The position numbers and the translations under genes are program-made. The notes beneath the pieces are model-generated. The model made no database searches. It had not been told where the DNA came from and was given only the letters and a program-made list of their open reading frames with translations. DNA of 64,000 bases from an uncultured Acidimicrobiia bacterium (lineage in GTDB: Bacteria > Actinomycetota > Acidimicrobiia > Spongiisociales > UBA4744): the NCBI GenBank assembly GCA_964594235.1, contig CAZQMF010000001.1, positions 22,509 to 86,508 on the forward strand, written 5' to 3'. Shown one piece after another: positions 26,602-36,036 of this stretch (position 1 is its first letter; every line of letters starts with the position of its first letter).

Positions 26602-28296
26602 ATGAGCGAAGTGGCCCGGCTCCAAGCAACTATTGCGGAACTCGAGTCGCAGGTCGAGCACCTCCGACCAGGTGCCGAGCGCGCTCGAACCTTCGAACGA
26701 CAGCTGTCCGACGTCCGTGCGCAATTGGACGACGCCGTTGTCAGGAACAGCCGGCTGAGCTCGGTGTTGACGGAGGCTCGTGAACAACTCGCACTCCTAC
26801 GAGAGGAGATCGAGAAGCTCTCCTCTCCGCCCAACCAGTTCGGCACCGTCGTGCAGGTGAATCAAGATGGCACCGTCGATGTGATGACCGGAGGCAGGAA
26901 GCTGCGAGTCGCGGCACAGCCCTCGATCGAGGTGAAGCAGCTCGCTCGTGGTCAAGATGTGCTGCTCAACGAAGCGATGAACATCGTCGATGTCCGACAG
27001 TTCGCACGGGCGGGCGAGGTCGTCATCGTCAAGGAACGGCTCGAAGCAGGACGTCTCCTGGTGCTCGGACGTGGTGATGAAGAGCGTGTGGTCGAGATCG
27101 CCGAACCGCTGGAGAACGAGTCACTGCGGGCGGGTGAGGCCGTCCGTCTCGACGGGAGAACCGGGCTCGTTTTCGAGAAGCTGCACCGTCCAGAGATTCA
27201 GGAGCTGATCCTCGAGGAGGTCCCCGACGTCACGTATGAACAGGTGGGAGGCCTCCGTGACCAGATCGAATCCATCCGTGACGCCGTCGAGCTTCCCTAC
27301 ATCCACAAAGAACTCTTCGTTGAGTATGGGCTCGAAGCCCCGAAGGGCGTGCTGCTATACGGTCCACCCGGCTGCGGCAAGACGCTCATAGCGAAAGCGG
27401 TCGCCAACAGTCTGGCCGCAGCAGTTGCCGAACGGACGGGGCAGGCAGATGTCAAGTCGTACTTCCTCAACGTCAAAGGCCCCGAGTTGCTCAACAAGTA
27501 CGTCGGTGAGACGGAGCGACAGATCCGACTCATCTTCTCCAGGGCCAAAGAGAAGTCGGATCAGGGAGTGCCGGTCATCGTCTTCTTCGATGAGATGGAC
27601 TCACTGTTCCGGACGAGAGGAACCGGTGTCTCCTCCGACATGGAGTCGACGGTTGTTCCACAATTGCTCTCCGAGCTCGACGGTGTCGAGAGCCTCAAGA
27701 ACGTCATCGTGATCGGTGCGTCGAACCGTGAGGACCTGATCGACCCTGCGATCCTCCGGCCCGGTCGTCTCGATGTGAAGATCAAGATCGACCGACCGGA
27801 CGAGGACTCCGCTCGCCAGATCTTTCGCATCTATCTGGGCGAGGTGCCAATCGACGCAGACGAACTCGACGCCTCGGGAGGCGACCGTGACGCAGTGGTC
27901 GCGTCGATGATCGAACGAACCGTGGAGCGGATGTACTCGACGGACGATCAGAACAAGTTCCTCGAGGTGACCTACGCGAACGGCGACCGGGAGTTGTTGT
28001 ACTTCAAGGACTTCTCGAGCGGGGCGATGATCCAGAACATCGTCAGCCGAGCGAAGAAGGAAGCCATCAAGCGCGAAATCGATGGTGGCGGCCGAGGTGT
28101 CCGAACGGAGGACCTCATGGAGGCGATCCGAAGCGAGTTCACCGAACACGAGGACCTCCCCAACACGACGAACCCGGACGACTGGGCGAAGGTGTCAGGC
28201 AAGAAGGGCGAGCGCATCGTGTACGTACGGACGTTGGTGCGTGGCGAGGACAAGTCGAAGAAGATCGAAGCCGTCACAACCGGCCAGTACCTCTGA
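26602..28296 (+). CDS. arc: Proteasome-associated AAA ATPase ARC/Mpa
   Basis: N-terminal coiled coil. Walker A GPPGCGKT, Walker [11 protein letters not shown]-terminal proteasome-docking GQYL. Start ATG 26602 (track TTG 26551 is possible). Confidence 0.92.
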   Translation: MSEVARLQATIAELESQVEHLRPGAERARTFERQLSDVRAQLDDAVVRNSRLSSVLTEAREQLALLREEIEKLSSPPNQFGTVVQVNQDGTVDVMTGGRKLRVAAQPSIEVKQLARGQDVLLNEAMNIVDVRQFARAGEVVIVKERLEAGRLLVLGRGDEERVVEIAEPLENESLRAGEAVRLDGRTGLVFEKLHRPEIQELILEEVPDVTYEQVGGLRDQIESIRDAVELPYIHKELFVEYGLEAPKGVLLYGPPGCGKTLIAKAVANSLAAAVAERTGQADVKSYFLNVKGPELLNKYVGETERQIRLIFSRAKEKSDQGVPVIVFFDEMDSLFRTRGTGVSSDMESTVVPQLLSELDGVESLKNVIVIGASNREDLIDPAILRPGRLDVKIKIDRPDEDSARQIFRIYLGEVPIDADELDASGGDRDAVVASMIERTVERMYSTDDQNKFLEVTYANGDRELLYFKDFSSGAMIQNIVSRAKKEAIKREIDGGGRGVRTEDLMEAIRSEFTEHEDLPNTTNPDDWAKVSGKKGERIVYVRTLVRGEDKSKKIEAVTTGQYL

Positions 28297-28303
28297 GGTT
28301 CGC

Positions 28304-29788
28304 ATGAGTCCCGGTCGCAACAGCGAGCATCTCACGGTACTTGGCACGGAAACCGAGTTTGGCATCACCATCAAGGGACGCACCCACGACAGTGCCGTGC
28401 TCTCATCAGGGCTGGTCGTACAGTCCTCGCCAGACGGGATCCCTGTTCGGTGGTCGCTCACCGAGGAGTCGCCGGGTCGGGATGCCCGTGGCAGGCGCTT
28501 CACGGTCCCTGTCGATGTGGATCCCGAAGCGCTCAACGCGCTCCTCCCGAACGGCGCCCGTCTCTACGTAGACCACGCCCACCCCGAGTACTCGACGCCC
28601 GAGTGTTTGGGGGCACGGCAGGCTGCCTTGCACGACAAGGCAGGGGAGCTGGCCCTTGCTCGTGCCGCCCGAAACACGCAGGGTCTCTTGTCGCCAGGAG
28701 AGACGGTGTCGATCTACAAGAACAACAGCGACGGGAAAGGCAACTCGTACGGCGCCCACGAGAACTACCTGATCGACCGTGCGGTCCCGTTCGTCGACAT
28801 CATCGACTACCTCACCACATTCCTGGTGACACGGCAGATCTTCACCGGCTCGGGCAAGGTCGGCTCGGAGAACGGCCGGCCGGCAGTCCCATACCAGGTG
28901 AGCCAGCGCGCCGACTTCTTCGAGACACGCGTCGGACTCGAGACCACGATCCGCCGTCCGATCATCAACACACGTGACGAACCTCACAGCGACCCCGATC
29001 GATTCCGGCGGCTTCACGTCATCATCGGAGACGCAAACCGTTCGGAGCCCCAAACCTTCCTCAAGCTCGGGGCAACGGCACTGCTGCTCGCTGCCATCGA
29101 GGATCATGCACTGCCCGACAGGCTGGAACTCGACGATCCAGTGAGGGCCACGTGGGAGGTCAGTCACGACCCGGAACTGGGTCACCGACTTCGACTGGCG
29201 GATGGGTCGTCTGCGACGGCCCTCGAACTTCAGTGGCAGTACCTCGACTGGTTGAGCAAGTACGCAGAAGCGGCGTCACGCCCTGACGAGGGAGTCCTCG
29301 ATCTGTGGCGGGGAGTGCTCGAAGACCTGGAGATCGACCCTCTGCGCACAGCAGACCGCCTCGACTGGACGTCCAAGCTTCGGATCATGGAGGCGTACCA
29401 GGCCCGCGAGAACATAGGCTGGGACCATGCGCGAATCCGGGCCCTCGACCTTCAATTCCACGATGTGGACCCGGCCAAGGGACTCTACGACCGGTTGGTG
29501 TCGAGGGGATCCGTTGTCCGGCTCTTCGATGACCGCCAGGTCGCAGCAGCGCTCCAAGAGCCGCCAGGCGAAACGAGGGCGTACTTTCGCGGTATGTGCG
29601 TTCGCAAGTTCGGGTCCTCGATCATGTCTGCCAACTGGGATTCGTTGGTCTTCGACACGGGTGAAGCCACATACAAGCGGGTGCCTATGATGGATCCCCT
29701 GAGGGGCAACGCACGGCGCGTGGGCACCGTGATCGATACCTCGAAGGACGTCGCGTCGCTGATCGACGCACTAGGAAGCGGACAATGA
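28304..29788 (+). CDS. dop: Pup deamidase/depupylase
   Basis: Start ATG 28304. GS-like fold ([31 protein letters not shown]). The extra loop relative to the downstream paralogue and its position before pup identify it as Dop. Confidence 0.9.
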   Translation: MSPGRNSEHLTVLGTETEFGITIKGRTHDSAVLSSGLVVQSSPDGIPVRWSLTEESPGRDARGRRFTVPVDVDPEALNALLPNGARLYVDHAHPEYSTPECLGARQAALHDKAGELALARAARNTQGLLSPGETVSIYKNNSDGKGNSYGAHENYLIDRAVPFVDIIDYLTTFLVTRQIFTGSGKVGSENGRPAVPYQVSQRADFFETRVGLETTIRRPIINTRDEPHSDPDRFRRLHVIIGDANRSEPQTFLKLGATALLLAAIEDHALPDRLELDDPVRATWEVSHDPELGHRLRLADGSSATALELQWQYLDWLSKYAEAASRPDEGVLDLWRGVLEDLEIDPLRTADRLDWTSKLRIMEAYQARENIGWDHARIRALDLQFHDVDPAKGLYDRLVSRGSVVRLFDDRQVAAALQEPPGETRAYFRGMCVRKFGSSIMSANWDSLVFDTGEATYKRVPMMDPLRGNARRVGTVIDTSKDVASLIDALGSGQ

Positions 29789-29964
29789 AAGAACAGAGTC
29801 GGAAGACGCATCCCGAAGAAGAACAGGTTCCTGAACAGGACATCCCGACGACGCCGCAAGCCGATACCGGCGATCTGGACGACCTTCTCGACGAGATCGA
29901 CGAAGTCCTGGAGGAGAACGCCGAAGAGTTCGTCAGAAACTACGTGCAGAAGGGTGGAGAGTGA
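29785..29964 (+). CDS. pup: Prokaryotic ubiquitin-like protein Pup (C-terminal GGE)
   Basis: Own translation, 59 aa: [63 protein letters not shown] overlap with dop. Its stop overlaps the prcB start. Confidence 0.9.
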   Translation: MKEQSRKTHPEEEQVPEQDIPTTPQADTGDLDDLLDEIDEVLEENAEEFVRNYVQKGGE

Positions 29965-30722
29965 TGGAACGTCCCACCTCCAGCTTCACCGACCTTCTCG
30001 AATCGCTCGGTCTGGAGCCCAAGTGGAACCTTCCCGAAGGGAGAGGAACGCTGGAGGTCCCAATCGCGACCACCGTTCTGGCACTGACGTTCGTCGACGG
30101 CGTCGTGATGGTGGGTGACCGGCAGGCGACCGAGGGCCACCTCGTGGCGCACAGACTCATCCGGAAGGTGTTCGAGGCCGACCGATTCTCAGCCGTGGCC
30201 ATCTCGGGGACGGCGGGTATCGCCGTCGATCTCGTTCGTCTCTTTCAAACCGAGCTCGAGCACTACGAGAAGCTCGAAGGCACGAGGCTCAGCCTGGAAG
30301 GCAAAGCCACGTACCTCGGTCGAATGGTCCGACAACAGCTCCCCCTCGCATTCCAGGGTCTCGTCGTGATTCCACTGTTCGCTGGGTATGACGAGAGCGA
30401 CAAGGTTGGTCGCCTCTACACATACGATGTCGTCGGAGGCCGGTACGAGGAACGCGAGTACGGTGCGACCGGTTCGGGTGCGAGGGACGCCAAGGCGTAC
30501 CTGCGCTCGGCGTACAGAGCCGACCTCGACGAGAGCGGCGCACTCGAGGCGGGGGTACGTGCACTCGTCGCCGCCGCGGAGGTCGACACGGCTACCGGAG
30601 GACCGGACCTGGCCAGAGGAATCCTGCCGAACGTCGTGACCGTCACCGAGCGAGGGTTCGAGAACGTCGACGAGGAGGTTGTGAGGGATCTCGCGTCAGC
30701 AGCGTTGGAGGTCATCCGATGA
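29964..30722 (+). CDS. prcB: 20S proteasome beta subunit
   Basis: Propeptide followed by catalytic Thr context PIA/TTVLAL. Start is ATG 29964 or GTG 29961. Confidence 0.92.
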   Translation: MERPTSSFTDLLESLGLEPKWNLPEGRGTLEVPIATTVLALTFVDGVVMVGDRQATEGHLVAHRLIRKVFEADRFSAVAISGTAGIAVDLVRLFQTELEHYEKLEGTRLSLEGKATYLGRMVRQQLPLAFQGLVVIPLFAGYDESDKVGRLYTYDVVGGRYEEREYGATGSGARDAKAYLRSAYRADLDESGALEAGVRALVAAAEVDTATGGPDLARGILPNVVTVTERGFENVDEEVVRDLASAALEVIR

Positions 30723-31393
30723 GTTTGCCGTTCTACGTTCCACCTGAACAGCTCGTCAAGGACCGCGCCGAGTTCGCTCGGAAAGGAATTGCGCGTGGCC
30801 GTTCTATCGTCGCGATCGAGTACGACCAGGGCATCCTGATTCTCGCGGAGAATCCGAGCGACACACTGCACAAGATCAGCGAGATCTACGACAGGGTCGC
30901 GTTCGCAGGGGTCGGCAAGTTCAACGAGTTCGAGAGTCTCCGAGTTGCCGGAACACGCAACGCAGACCTTCGAGGCTACCTCTACAGCAGGTCCGACGTG
31001 AACGCGAAAACCCTGGCCAACGCGTTCTCCCAAACGCTCGGCAACATCTTCACACATGAAGTGAAACCGTTTGAAGTGGAGATCCTCGTCGCCGAGCTCG
31101 GCATCAACGATGTCCCGAACCACCTCTACCGCGTCACCTATGACGGGACGCTTTCCGATGAACGGTCCGTCTGCGCGATCGGTGGGCAGTCAGAGGCGCT
31201 CGACGAGTTGCTGCGTGGAGCGTCGTTCACCCCGAAGCCGCTGGAGACGACCATTCGCCGGGTCGCAGAGGTATTCGGCCAGGTTCTCGACCGGGACATC
31301 GATGGCTGGGAAGCCGCGGTGTTGGACGGTACGGAGAGCCGCCGAACGTTCCGGCGGCTCTCGGACGCCGACGTGGCTGCCGCGCTCTCCTGA
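30719..31393 (+). CDS. prcA: 20S proteasome alpha subunit
   Basis: ATGA overlap with prcB. N-terminus [29 protein letters not shown] is typical of actinobacterial PrcA. Confidence 0.92.
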   Translation: MSLPFYVPPEQLVKDRAEFARKGIARGRSIVAIEYDQGILILAENPSDTLHKISEIYDRVAFAGVGKFNEFESLRVAGTRNADLRGYLYSRSDVNAKTLANAFSQTLGNIFTHEVKPFEVEILVAELGINDVPNHLYRVTYDGTLSDERSVCAIGGQSEALDELLRGASFTPKPLETTIRRVAEVFGQVLDRDIDGWEAAVLDGTESRRTFRRLSDADVAAALS

Positions 31394-31415
31394 CGGGGCG
31401 GCGTACGCTGAGTCG

Positions 31416-32771
31416 ATGCAGCGCCGCATCTACGGACTGGAGACCGAATACGGGGTCACGTGCACCCTCAGAGGGCAGCGGAGGCTGAGTCCCGATGAAG
31501 CCGCCCGATATCTGTTCCGCAGGGTGGTGAGCTGGGGCAGATCCTCGAATGTCTTTCTGGAGAACGGCGCCCGGCTGTACCTCGACGTCGGGAGTCATCC
31601 CGAGTACGCAACACCCGAGTGCGACACCATCGGTGACCTGGTTGCAGCGGACAAGGCGGGTGAGCGGGTGCTGCACGAGCTCGTCGGCGAAGCTCAAACA
31701 CGGCTCGGAGAAGAAGGGATCTCCGGCGAGATCTTCCTGTTCAAGAACAACACCGACTCGGCAGGCAACTCCTACGGCTGTCATGAGAACTACCTCGTGA
31801 AACGGGAAGCGAACTTCGCAGCGACGATCGATGCACTCCTTCCGTTTCTGGTGACACGACAGATCTACTCAGGGGCTGGGAAGTTGCTGCGTACGGCGCG
31901 TGGGGTTCGCTTCACGATCTCACAGCGTGCCGAGCACGTCTGGGAAGGCGTGTCGTCGGCGACGACGCGCAGCCGGCCGATCGTCAACACGCGAGACGAA
32001 CCCCACGCCGATGCAGCCCTGTTTCGGCGACTGCACGTGATCGCAGGCGACTCGAACATGTCAGAGCTGGTCACCTACGTGAAGGTCGGTGTCGTGGGTG
32101 CGCTGCTCCAGATGCTCGAAGACGGCAAGACGTTCAGAGCGCTGGATCTCGAAAATCCGATCAGGGCGATCAGAGAGATCAGCGCCGACCCAACGTGTAG
32201 ACGGCGGGTTCGGCTGGCCAACGGCCGTGAGCTGTCTGCACTCGACATCCAGTGGGAGTATCTCGACGAGGCATCCCGCTACGGCAGACTCCATGGGTTC
32301 CCCCCGTCGATCGAAACGGCGATCCGCTACTGGGAGCAGATGCTGGTCGGCATCGAGCAGGATCCGATGTCGCTCGGCGATCAACTCGACTGGGTGGCGA
32401 AGTGGCAGCTGATCGAGGCATACCGAAGCCGTCACGAGCTCTCACTGTCGGATCCGAAGCTTGCGATGATGGACCTCGCGTACCACGACATCGACCCCGG
32501 TCGTGGTCTCTATCACCTCTTGGCGCGCACCGGGCGCATGCGTCGAGCAGTCGCCGACGAGGCTATCGAACGAGCCCGGCTGGAACCTCCGGCGACCACT
32601 CGGGCCAGATTGCGCGGGACTTTCATCAAGGCTGCGAAGGCCGCCGGTCGTGACTTCACCGTCGACTGGGTGCACTTGAAGCTCAACGACCAGGCGAAAC
32701 GGACCATCCTCTGCAAGGACCCGTTCGTGCACACCGACCGACGAGTAGAGAGGCTGATCGAGGGCCTCTGA
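31416..32771 (+). CDS. pafA: Pup ligase
   Basis: [38 protein letters not shown]. Lacks the Dop loop. Track extension to 31071 rejected. Confidence 0.92.
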   Translation: MQRRIYGLETEYGVTCTLRGQRRLSPDEAARYLFRRVVSWGRSSNVFLENGARLYLDVGSHPEYATPECDTIGDLVAADKAGERVLHELVGEAQTRLGEEGISGEIFLFKNNTDSAGNSYGCHENYLVKREANFAATIDALLPFLVTRQIYSGAGKLLRTARGVRFTISQRAEHVWEGVSSATTRSRPIVNTRDEPHADAALFRRLHVIAGDSNMSELVTYVKVGVVGALLQMLEDGKTFRALDLENPIRAIREISADPTCRRRVRLANGRELSALDIQWEYLDEASRYGRLHGFPPSIETAIRYWEQMLVGIEQDPMSLGDQLDWVAKWQLIEAYRSRHELSLSDPKLAMMDLAYHDIDPGRGLYHLLARTGRMRRAVADEAIERARLEPPATTRARLRGTFIKAAKAAGRDFTVDWVHLKLNDQAKRTILCKDPFVHTDRRVERLIEGL

Positions 32772-32817
32772 CAGGGTGCTTCAAAGGGGGTCGGCGTACT
32801 CCTACAGTTGCCTAGGC

Positions 32818-33723
32818 ATGCGACGCGTCATCGAACGGCTCCTCAATCTGCTCGCCTTCTTGCTCACCGCGGAGCGACCCGTGACCGCTGAGGAGATTCG
32901 CATGACGGTCGCCGGGTATGCAAAGGAATCCGACGAGGCGTTCCACAGGATGTTCGAGCGTGACAAGGCGCTCCTTCGGCGGATGGGTATACCGCTCGAG
33001 CTCAAGGCGACCGATGCCTGGGAGGTCGAGTATGGCTACGCACTGCATCCAGACGAGTATCAGCTACCGGATCCCGATCTCAACGACGAGGAACGGGCGG
33101 CGTTGTGGCTTGCAGCCCAGGTTGTGCGACTCGGTGGACAACCAGCCGGACCGGACGCACTGCTCAAGCTGGGAGGTCTGATGGCCGGGGGAGGTGAGCC
33201 GCTCGCCGCAGATCTCGGATTGGAAACAGGCGATCTGGAGACCGCATTCCACGCTGCGACCGAACGGAGAAAGCTGTCGTTCGACTATCACGGCCGCACG
33301 CGGACCGTGGAACCCATGGGCATCCTTCACCAGCGGGGACACTGGTACCTGGTTGCCTTCGAGGGGGGTGTGCAGCGATCCTTCAGGATCGACAAGGCCA
33401 CGCGACTCATCCTGGGAGCGGAAGCTGGAGCGTTCACTCGGCCAAGGGAATTCCGTCTCCGCGACGCGGTGCCCGTCGACCCGTGGGCCATCGGGGAGGC
33501 GGACGTCGTAGCCAAGGTGGTATTCGATCCCGACGCAGCGTGGTGGGCCAGGCGGCAACTCACCGGTGAGGTCGTCGAACTCGATGATGGCTCTCTCGAG
33601 GCAAGTGTCATCGTCGCCAACCCCGATGCGTTCATCGGGTGGCTGTTGAGCTTCGAGGACAAGGCCGAGATCATCGAACCCCCAGAACTCAGGGCGGCGC
33701 TCATCGAACGGGTGCGGCAGTGA
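32818..33723 (+). CDS. pafB: HTH-WYL transcriptional regulator PafB
   Basis: N-terminal HTH (RVIERLLNLLAFLLTAERPVTAEEI). WYL-type core HWYLVAF. Position after pafA. Confidence 0.8.
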   Translation: MRRVIERLLNLLAFLLTAERPVTAEEIRMTVAGYAKESDEAFHRMFERDKALLRRMGIPLELKATDAWEVEYGYALHPDEYQLPDPDLNDEERAALWLAAQVVRLGGQPAGPDALLKLGGLMAGGGEPLAADLGLETGDLETAFHAATERRKLSFDYHGRTRTVEPMGILHQRGHWYLVAFEGGVQRSFRIDKATRLILGAEAGAFTRPREFRLRDAVPVDPWAIGEADVVAKVVFDPDAAWWARRQLTGEVVELDDGSLEASVIVANPDAFIGWLLSFEDKAEIIEPPELRAALIERVRQ

Positions 33724-34637
33724 GTAGGACGGCACAGCGCCTCACACGGATCCTCTCGATGGTCCCATGGGTGATCGCTCATCCGGGAGCGACCGTCACG
33801 GAGGTGTGCGAACGATTCGGCTACACGAGAGACGAGCTGATCGCGGACCTCAACCTGGTGTTCGTCTGCGGACTGCCGGGGTATGGACCCGGAGATCTGA
33901 TGGTCGCATATGTCGAGGACGACGAGGTCGTCATCGACATGGCCGACTACTTCTCACGCGCATTGCGTCTGAGCATGTCGGAAGCGCTTGCTCTGCTGGC
34001 CGCGGCAGAGACCCTCATGGCGACCAACCAGGCGCCTCCCGCACTCCGGAGCGCTGTGGAGAAGCTCACACGGGTGCTCGGCATCGAGGCGGACGAGACC
34101 ATCGCAATCGAGATGGACAGCGAGAGCGCGAGTGTCACCACTCTGCGCTCTGCGGCCGCCGAGGGCCGAGTCGTCGATCTCACCTACACGTCACTCGGCA
34201 AAGGAGAGACCACCAGGAGACTGATCGAGCCTTGGTCGGTATTCACAACGTTGGGCAACTGGTATGTGTCCGCCTACTGCAGGACCGCACAGGCAGAGCG
34301 GGTGTTTCGCATAGATCGGATCCGTTCCGTGGGGGCGACGGGGGAGCGCTTCACCCCCAACCCAGACCCTCCTGCGCCCGTCGTTCGATACACGCCGTCC
34401 GAGGACGATGTGCACGCGACGATTCGCCTCGAACCGCGCGCCGCCTGGGTTGCCGACTACTACCCGGTGGACGTGATACACGCCGATCCTCTCACGATTC
34501 GCTTCTCGACGTCGGATCCCGGTGTCGCCGCCAGGCTGCTGGTCCGGCTGGGTGGTGACGCCGTGCTGCTGGAGGGTCCCGAAGTCGCCGATGCGACCGT
34601 CTCACTGCGACGCCGCATCCTCACTAGATACGTGTGA
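33720..34637 (+). CDS. pafC: HTH-WYL transcriptional regulator PafC
   Basis: GTG 33720 overlaps the pafB stop (GTGA). TAQRLTRILSMVPWV HTH. NWYVSAY WYL-type core. Confidence 0.8.
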   Translation: MSRTAQRLTRILSMVPWVIAHPGATVTEVCERFGYTRDELIADLNLVFVCGLPGYGPGDLMVAYVEDDEVVIDMADYFSRALRLSMSEALALLAAAETLMATNQAPPALRSAVEKLTRVLGIEADETIAIEMDSESASVTTLRSAAAEGRVVDLTYTSLGKGETTRRLIEPWSVFTTLGNWYVSAYCRTAQAERVFRIDRIRSVGATGERFTPNPDPPAPVVRYTPSEDDVHATIRLEPRAAWVADYYPVDVIHADPLTIRFSTSDPGVAARLLVRLGGDAVLLEGPEVADATVSLRRRILTRYV

Positions 34638-34713
34638 CCATTTCGTATTAGTCACTACAGGGCGCCGCCGAGGGGGCCGATACACGAGTCATGAACGGTG
34701 AGCGGAGCGCCGA

Positions 34714-35007
34714 ATGACCACTATCAAGACAACGTGTCAACACTGCGGTGACATAGAACTGCACCCCGACGATCTCGCACTAGAGCTGGATCCGACGGGG
34801 GATGAGGGCAGCTATCTGTTCGTGTGCCCCGGATGTGGTGACCTGCAGCGTCGCCCGGCAAACAACCGGGTTGTGAACGTTCTGCTCGCAACCGGCGTCA
34901 GCTACGACGTGGTCGTGCCGGAACCCGGACCGATCACCAACGAGGAGATCGCCCGGTTCGTCGAGGCTCTCGACCGTGAAGAGGAGTTCTGGAGGATGCT
35001 CGCCTAG
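34714..35007 (+). CDS. Zinc-ribbon hypothetical protein
   Basis: 97 aa. C8xxC11...C38xxC41. GGAG 10 nt upstream. Acidic C-terminal helix. Confidence 0.6.
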   Translation: MTTIKTTCQHCGDIELHPDDLALELDPTGDEGSYLFVCPGCGDLQRRPANNRVVNVLLATGVSYDVVVPEPGPITNEEIARFVEALDREEEFWRMLA

Positions 35008-35045
35008 TAACGCTCGGGCGATCCCATCCCTAACATGAGAGCCTT

Positions 35046-35330
35046 GTGCTCTTCGATGTCAGCCCTTCCGAACTGATCGTGATCCTTCTCGTAGCTTTGA
35101 TCGTGTTCGGGCCGAAACGGCTTCCCGAAATGGCCAAGAAACTCTCGTCGATCGTGCGCGATATCCAGGGCGCTGCCGGAGAGCTGCAACGAGGACTCGA
35201 GACGGAAGTCCGGGAGCTGACCGATCCCATCAGAGACGCTACGAAACCACTTCGAGAACTCACGGCCCAACCGGACCCAGACTCCCAGGAACACCCCACT
35301 CCCAAGGACACACGTCCCGAAGATGAGTGA
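35046..35330 (+). CDS. tatA: Twin-arginine translocase TatA/E-family protein
   Basis: GTG start. TM plus hinge LIVILLVALIVFGPKRLPE, then amphipathic helix. Confidence 0.85.
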   Translation: MLFDVSPSELIVILLVALIVFGPKRLPEMAKKLSSIVRDIQGAAGELQRGLETEVRELTDPIRDATKPLRELTAQPDPDSQEHPTPKDTRPEDE

Positions 35331-36036
35331 GGACACGCCGCGTTCGGTCGTCGAGCATCTCGAGGAGCTTCGGTGGAGGCTCGTGAAAAGCGCAATCGCG
35401 ATCGTGATCGGCGCGGTCGTCGCATTCGTCTTTCGTGAGTGGATCTTCGATGTCCTCGCCCGGCCATATCGCCTCGCACTCCCCGGACAGGACCTGAACC
35501 AGTTCGAGGTGACGGAAGGCTTCTCGGTCGCGATGAGGCTGTCGATGTTTGGGGGTCTTTTCCTCGCAAGCCCCGTGCTCTTCTACCAGGTGTGGGCCTT
35601 CATCAACCCTGCTCTCACCAAACGGGAACGTAAGTGGACCGTTCCTATCGTCGCCGCGCTGGTCGTGCTGTTCTCTGCCGGTGTCTTGTTCGGCTACTAC
35701 ATCCTCCCGAGAGGGTTGGTGTTCCTCCTCGGGATCCAGCCTGGACTCAACGCGGTGATCGGCGCGTCGGACTACTTCGGTCTCGCATTGCGTTTCCTGC
35801 TGGTGTTCGGCATCGCTTTCGAGTTCCCGGTGTTCATCTTTGCTGCGGCCGCTGTCGGCCTCGTGTCATCTGAGAAACTCGGTCAGGGTCGACGGTGGGC
35901 CGTCTTGATCATCGTCGTCGTCGGGGCCGTCGTGACCCCGACAGGGGACCCCTTGACGCTCACTGCTCTCTCGGTTCCGCTCTATCTGCTGTATGAGGCG
36001 ACCATCTGGGTCGTCAAGTTCACCCTCCACAAATGA
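35323..36036 (+). CDS. tatC: Twin-arginine translocase subunit TatC
   Basis: 237 aa, 6 TM. N-terminus VVEHLEELRWRL is typical of TatC. Confidence 0.9.
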   Translation: MSEDTPRSVVEHLEELRWRLVKSAIAIVIGAVVAFVFREWIFDVLARPYRLALPGQDLNQFEVTEGFSVAMRLSMFGGLFLASPVLFYQVWAFINPALTKRERKWTVPIVAALVVLFSAGVLFGYYILPRGLVFLLGIQPGLNAVIGASDYFGLALRFLLVFGIAFEFPVFIFAAAAVGLVSSEKLGQGRRWAVLIIVVVGAVVTPTGDPLTLTALSVPLYLLYEATIWVVKFTLHK

